From Magallana gigas (Eukaryota), in contig NC_088861.1 of the NCBI RefSeq assembly GCF_963853765.1, forward strand, positions 5,084,001 to 5,148,000: a stretch of 64,000 bases of DNA, given 5' to 3'. The translations under genes were made by a program, and so were the position numbers. The notes under the pieces are model-generated. The model had not been told where the DNA came from and did not search any database. It worked only from the letters and a program-made list of their open reading frames with translations. Shown here piece after piece: positions 58,461 through 64,000 of the stretch (position 1 is its first letter; each line of letters begins with the position of its first letter).

Positions 58461-61316
58461 AGTATAGATTTCATAAACATACAAATAGTTCAGCTTACCC
58501 CTAGTGGAAGAAAGGGTTATATACATTCTAGCTACTTGTCATCTTGCTAACATCGTGGCCACTCTCTGCCAGGTCTGCAATGCGGAAGTTTAAATAATAA
58601 TAAATCAGTGTAATAACAATGGACAATGGAGTTGACCAATACCTGGAAAACTACTCAGAGAGGTACACAGTAGGAATATTAAAAATGCTGACTCAACAGT
58701 TATTAAGAATCTCCCCATAGAAAATTTCAGCCTACTAAAAATAAATCATTAAATGTAACCGAATTTGAGACACACCTCTTCACAAATTATATGTTTTAAG
58801 CGCACCTGAGCTGAAAGCTCAAGAGAGCTTTTTGATCGGATTTTGTCCGGGGTCCGTTGGTCTGTCTGGCTAGTTTCATATCTAGTGTAAACATAAAAAA
58901 GTTTGATAGATTAAACTAAACTCAATCACTAATACATATAAATCCTAGAAATACAGGTTGAAAACCATTTGATGGATTATCAATGTCTACAATTTATAGG
59001 CATACTTAAATAAACACTGTTTGTCTTGTATAGAGAAGTTCTACCTTCAGATGATTTGAAAGTTGAAACAAAAAGGGATAATTTAGTTAAGGGTTGCCGA
59101 AACTGAGATTTTTTCATCTAGAGTGAATGTGCGTTTCTTTTCATCCGTCCGATATATTTTTATCTTGGAGACAAGACTGCATGGTGTTTTAAAAACTACT
59201 ACTCCAAAAACCTACGTGCGGTACTGCTCTTTTATAGCAAATGATAATTTTTTTCTCCTTGTTTATCTAAGTTATTATTCACGGTTTGGATGACTTTATC
59301 TGATAGCGTTGCTTTAAGTTCTTTTAGATATGTCATGCCTAAACATTCAGCTTACAGGTACTGCTTGTTCAGACTACATTATGGGCAGACATAACAACAA
59401 TTTATCAAAGAATGAAAAATTTACCGGGCTACTTGTGTATTGTTGATATTTTTTTAAGTGTCTACTTGTGACAAACTACATGTATACATACGATACATAT
59501 AGCTGTAGCTCTACGAAAATGTGGGTTAGTAAATAAAAAGCTACAGTGGGTACGATACTTGCGAAAAACGTGCGATTTACAACGCAAAAGAATACATGCT
59601 AAAAATCCTTTTAAAATTCTTCATTATGTTAACTTTTGTTAATGATTGTGGTTTATTTGTCCTAATCTTATTCTTATTAAAACAACCTTCAGGATCTATC
59701 GGAAAGCGGATGAAGAGCCGTCATTTTTTACACGTAAACAACCACGGTACTGTTTGGAGCTGATGATCGGTGGTTCATAGACAAGCAATGATATCTGCGG
59801 TTGTTTGTTTGGGAATATTTTGATACATATACATTAATAAATACCGAATGCGGTAAGGTAAAAGAAGAATAAATGAATATGGCACTTGCTTAGCATAGAC
59901 GGATATGTACATAACCCCTTGCACTTTCCACTTCCGTCTTAAGTTCTTTCATATCATGGTTCAATTCGTGTATTGACTGTCAATTGCTGATCAAAAGATG
60001 TAGAAATCGGGGAATTCATCTCTATCACTTCGACTGGTTCATTGTAAGTAAGTAGGTAATACTTGTACATTATATACGTATATACATGAGGTGAACGCAG
60101 AGCACATCCAACATCTTAATTATACAACGTATTTTGTTTAACGCTGTACACTGGACCGTATCTTATGGTTTAACTCCCGCTTAAAGACAGAGTTAGTTTT
60201 GCATAGAGTTCAAACACAAGGGGATAGTCGTTTTTTGGACAAATATGAACTGTTCGTGAAATTCTTCAGCTCTTGCACTGCATAAGCGTGTACAAATAAT
60301 TTTGCCAAAGAAAAGATGTTGATAAATCATAAAGTTTTCACACCGATGGCGTGTATTGTTTATGCTAGACTTAGCTGACATAATTGATCGTGACGCTATC
60401 GGAAAAAGTCAAGCAAAGCGGTTCTAATGATAACCTTGGTACAACTTCTTTTACCAAGCTATTGTTATGAAACATCACAGAATAATTTTATTCCTCAAGT
60501 CATTAATCAGAAATTGAAGTTACATAAATTAATTAACATTTCATGATTCATGGGTCACTTGGTCGCATGCTGACTGACATTTTCATATTATCATATTATT
60601 GTTAGACCCTAATAAATCACCTTATATATACAAATTTTTTGGCTTTCCCGAGTACGACAAAGAGTGCGTGACGGGTGTTATCGGTCAGCAGAGGATGATA
60701 ACTCCTCCATGGCACCTGATCCTAACTCTAATCTTCGGTCTACTACTGTTTTGTATCTTGCCTTGGACTTTTGATTTTGAACACTTTTCATTATCACCAC
60801 TTGTAATTTTTACCACTAAATTCTAATCACTAATCCCTATTGTAAAGCTTAATTGTAAAAAAAAATATATGTACAACTTACTAAGAAGATTTTTTGCATG
60901 CCCTTCTTGAATCAAAGACATTATAAAGTACATTGCAAAAAAATGGCAGGGTATTTTAATAAAGATAGTCTACTTTCATAATAGTGAAAATGTTTATGTA
61001 AATCACGGTTCTAGTTTTCATGAAGTTATTAGTATAACGGTTCTAATCATTCTGGGATACTAAGACTTTATTAATTTAAGTTTAAAGGAGGAGGTCATGG
61101 GCAACATTGTTTGTTTTACTCCAGTGTTTAACAATGATTAAACAACTAACATTTTGAATTATTTGTGTTGAAGAGAGGTATAGATGATTTTGAATAATGA
61201 ATGTTTTCTTACATTTAAGCTGCTGATACCTTATGAATTCCGCTTAATGTTTTAAAAAAAAAAAGAATGGCAGATTTCGCAGAACAGACAATTTTGTAAG
61301 TTTTGTTTTTTAAATA

Positions 61317-62325
61317 CGAGGGGCGTTCAAAAAATATAGCCACTTATCTGATTGCATAAACTACAGTGTTCGATTGACCTTTGAATTTCTTTGCAGGCAT
61401 GATTTGGTTCATATTTTATTTATGCCCGTTTATTTGACGTTCCATCATCGAATACTTCTTTGAGAGTCTGATATATAGCCCCTACTCGAGACATTGTATG
61501 AAAATACGACTGATAACACGTCATCCAATAAGGCTGATAATAGAGACTACAAAGAAGCATGTGTCAGAAAAGGCAAAGGCTTAAAAGATCTGTGTGATGT
61601 GTATTGAAACAAGTGTATGTCATTGAGACACGTTTACAGGTGATTAAGCAAACTTTGGCCTCCAAAAGGTTAGTGCAAGATGGATACGTCATCTATTTAC
61701 AGAAAAACAAAAACGATTGCGTGTTGAAATGTGTAGGAAATTACTTAAAATCTAAAAATAGCAATGGACGACGTTCATCGGAAATTGTTACAGGTGATGA
61801 AACATGGATATTATTTCGAACATGCGCTTTACAAATTTAAAAAGCAAAACTCCCTGTTATACAAAGAAATTATTATACGCATTGTTTTGATAGTGAATGT
61901 CATGTATGTCTAGTTGTTATTCCAAAAGATTGATCAACCATCGGATATGTATACAAAAATTGAAATTCGTAACATTCGACTTCTTCATGACAACACCCCA
62001 GCATATCAATCCCTGATTGGGAGATTACTTTTGAAGAAGAAAAGGTTCATGTTTAGTCCGATCCTCCCTATCCAAACGACTTTTCTCCCTGTGACTTGTC
62101 AGAATGAAGCTATGATTCAAGGAATGCTTTAGGCTCTGTAATTTATAAGTACATAAATGTCATTCCAAAAAAATTGTATGAATGCATTCAAAACTTGGAA
62201 AAATCGGTTAAATTATGTGTCTGTAAAGGATTGTATTTTGAAGGTAACAATTAAAAGAAATAACAAAAATATTTCATTTTGTTATTTTTGCAACATCAAT
62301 GACATTATTCATTGAACGCCCCTCG
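61317..62325 (+). mobile_element. Internally deleted mariner element
   Basis: TA|CGAGGGGCGTTCAA ... TTGAACGCCCCTCG|TA. Remnant motifs IVTGDETWI and LLHDNTPAY. Confidence 0.85.
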
Positions 62326-62478
62326 TAATATTTTTGATGCATATTTAAGCATATACATGCCAATATAAAATTATTGTTATAATTTTTCTAATCTGACACT
62401 GTTTACAAAACAATACAATGCAAGTTTATCCAAATGCTTCTTTAAACTTTTTCAAAGAATTTTTTTTTTCACTTTCAG

Positions 62479-63240
62479 ATCTGAGGATGAAGAATATAAC
62501 ACACCTTTAAATAATTCACAACATAGTATAAAAGTTGAAGAGGTTAGTAAATTGAACAAAAGCAAATATTAGAAATTAAATAGTAGCGCTAATCGTATAT
62601 ACCTGTTACTACAATAATTGCATGTAACTTCGTAAACTGAAAGTAAAGATTTACAAAAGTCTTTGTACATACAATCATAATTGCTGGAAAGAAAGAAAAT
62701 TAAATGATCTAGCTTACATTATTTCCAAAGATGACATACATGCCCCATACAGCGATATTTGATATCTTCTCCCCTAGGCTTCTTTTCTTGCTTATTTTAT
62801 CAAAATGGTTCTGCTTAATAGATGGAAAAAGATGTTTTTCATGCCATTCAGCCACTAGTGCCGACCGAGGAAAAAGCGACCAATTTGGGGATTTCTCCGC
62901 AATCTGAAGACATAATTACCGAGAGAAATGATGATGCAGTTTGTGACCTACTAGAGGATTCGCATGCTCATTATCAACAATTGCAGGTAAGATTTAACTG
63001 CAAAATATTTATTCATGATAAGAGTTTTTACATTTACAATTTCACTTTTCAATTTCAACAATATTAGAGATATCTGTGACATATTGATATCAACTACGGA
63101 CTAAAATATAGGCACTTGATTAACAAATACTTGTTATATACCTAGAAAACGTCAAGTGAGACCATTATCATTCCTGATGAAAACGGCAGTGATGAAAGTA
63201 GTAGAGAGAAGATTTTTTCCCTGGTGGATAATAGAGAGGG
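62479..63240 (+). CDS. Three internal exons of an unrelated acidic, low-complexity protein (partial)
   Basis: Exons 62479-62542 (SEDEEYNTPLNNSQHSIKVEE), 62822-62986 (MEKDVFHAIQPLV...HYQQLQ) and 63146-63240 (KTSSETIIIPDENGSDESSREKIFSLVDNRE). AG/GT bounded, with phases 0 and 0 joining in frame. Confidence 0.6.
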
Positions 63241-64000
63241 GTAATGGTTAATTCTTGATAATAGATACTTGTTACATTAGCATGGAGATATTGTCTTTTA
63301 TTCTGCAAGACCTTTTATTATTCTCAAATAACGACTTCAGTAATAAAGTTCACGTCAAAATGTGTTTGTTAAGCAGTAATGTGTTCATATTTTGAATTGC
63401 TCTTAAGGGGAGACATAACGTTGGTCATGTGGCTTTAATTAATCACATGACTGTTACTTTAGAATATTATAGTAAAATGCAATAAGCATTGTGAACGTTA
63501 AACCGTTTGAATCGTTTATTAGGTAAAATAGATATTTCTTTTTTATTTATGTTCCAAAACACCCAATTTCTTAGTAAAGCGACATTTTGAACAGTTGTAT
63601 AGTGCAAAATGTCCTAATTAAAAATGCATGAGTTTGGGGAATTTTAACATTTTCGATTTTAGAAATATAAATGTACAAAATTATAAGTGGTTAATATAAT
63701 CATAGATACATTCTGATTATTATCTATTCTGTTGGTGTTTTTAAATAAATATAGGAAATGTATTGCTTTTCTGATGGTTCAAAACAGAAATTGTCACAAA
63801 AAGTGATACTTCGAGAGGTTAAGGTTAGGGGTGATTCCTAATGTAGTATCCCCCTTGTATGCCGAGAAAGTTGCCATGAAATATTTATATGTTATAATTT
63901 GAAAATTAAAAAAAATTTAATGATTCTATTTTATTTGCCTCACATTTTGTACCTAAGAATTTTTTATTAGAGCAGATTTTTAAAACTTTTTCCGATACCG

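Noticed and set aside
63174-63200. CTGATGA...GAAA as a second hammerhead
   Set aside because: No stem II or stem I/III pairing, and it falls within a plausible coding exon.
63407-63860. TTAA|GGGGAGAC... as a complete Kolobok-like MITE
   Set aside because: Only a partial matching right end (ATCCCCCTT) and no TTAA duplication were found within the window.

Overview
AT-rich, intron-containing animal DNA. The gene family and repeat content suggest a bivalve such as an oyster; this is inference. The first 48 kb hold a minus-strand tandem array of seven small genes or pseudogenes, reconstructed by hand from splice sites and reading phase. Each encodes a single-pass membrane protein built from a signal-peptide exon (ending NCE-R, phase 2), a 59-62 nt Cys/Trp exon, one or two 150-159 nt eight-Cys EGF-like exons (phase 1-1, core CRYPNYG, MEGF10/CED-1/SREC-like) and a terminal transmembrane (TM) exon. 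There are two terminal-exon classes, and they alternate B-A-B-A-B-A-B. Type B has a long Tyr-bearing tail, ending YENM in two copies; the TM exon of the first B gene lies outside the window and is inferred. Type A has a short tail, truncated by independent stops in two of three copies. This layout resembles a paired-receptor cluster undergoing birth-and-death evolution. Introns and spacers are dense with transposons: a Neptune-type Penelope fragment with a minimal hammerhead ribozyme, a 2.9 kb element with 458-bp TIRs carrying a decayed C2H2 zinc-finger array, a dead DD35D pogo-type transposase with a C-terminal PHD finger, a mariner remnant, and CMC-, Harbinger-, Kolobok-like and TA-target MITEs plus non-autonomous Helitrons. 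Three exons of an unrelated plus-strand gene lie near the right end. There is one assembly gap (40143-40283). No expression data or database searches were available, so all gene models are predictions.
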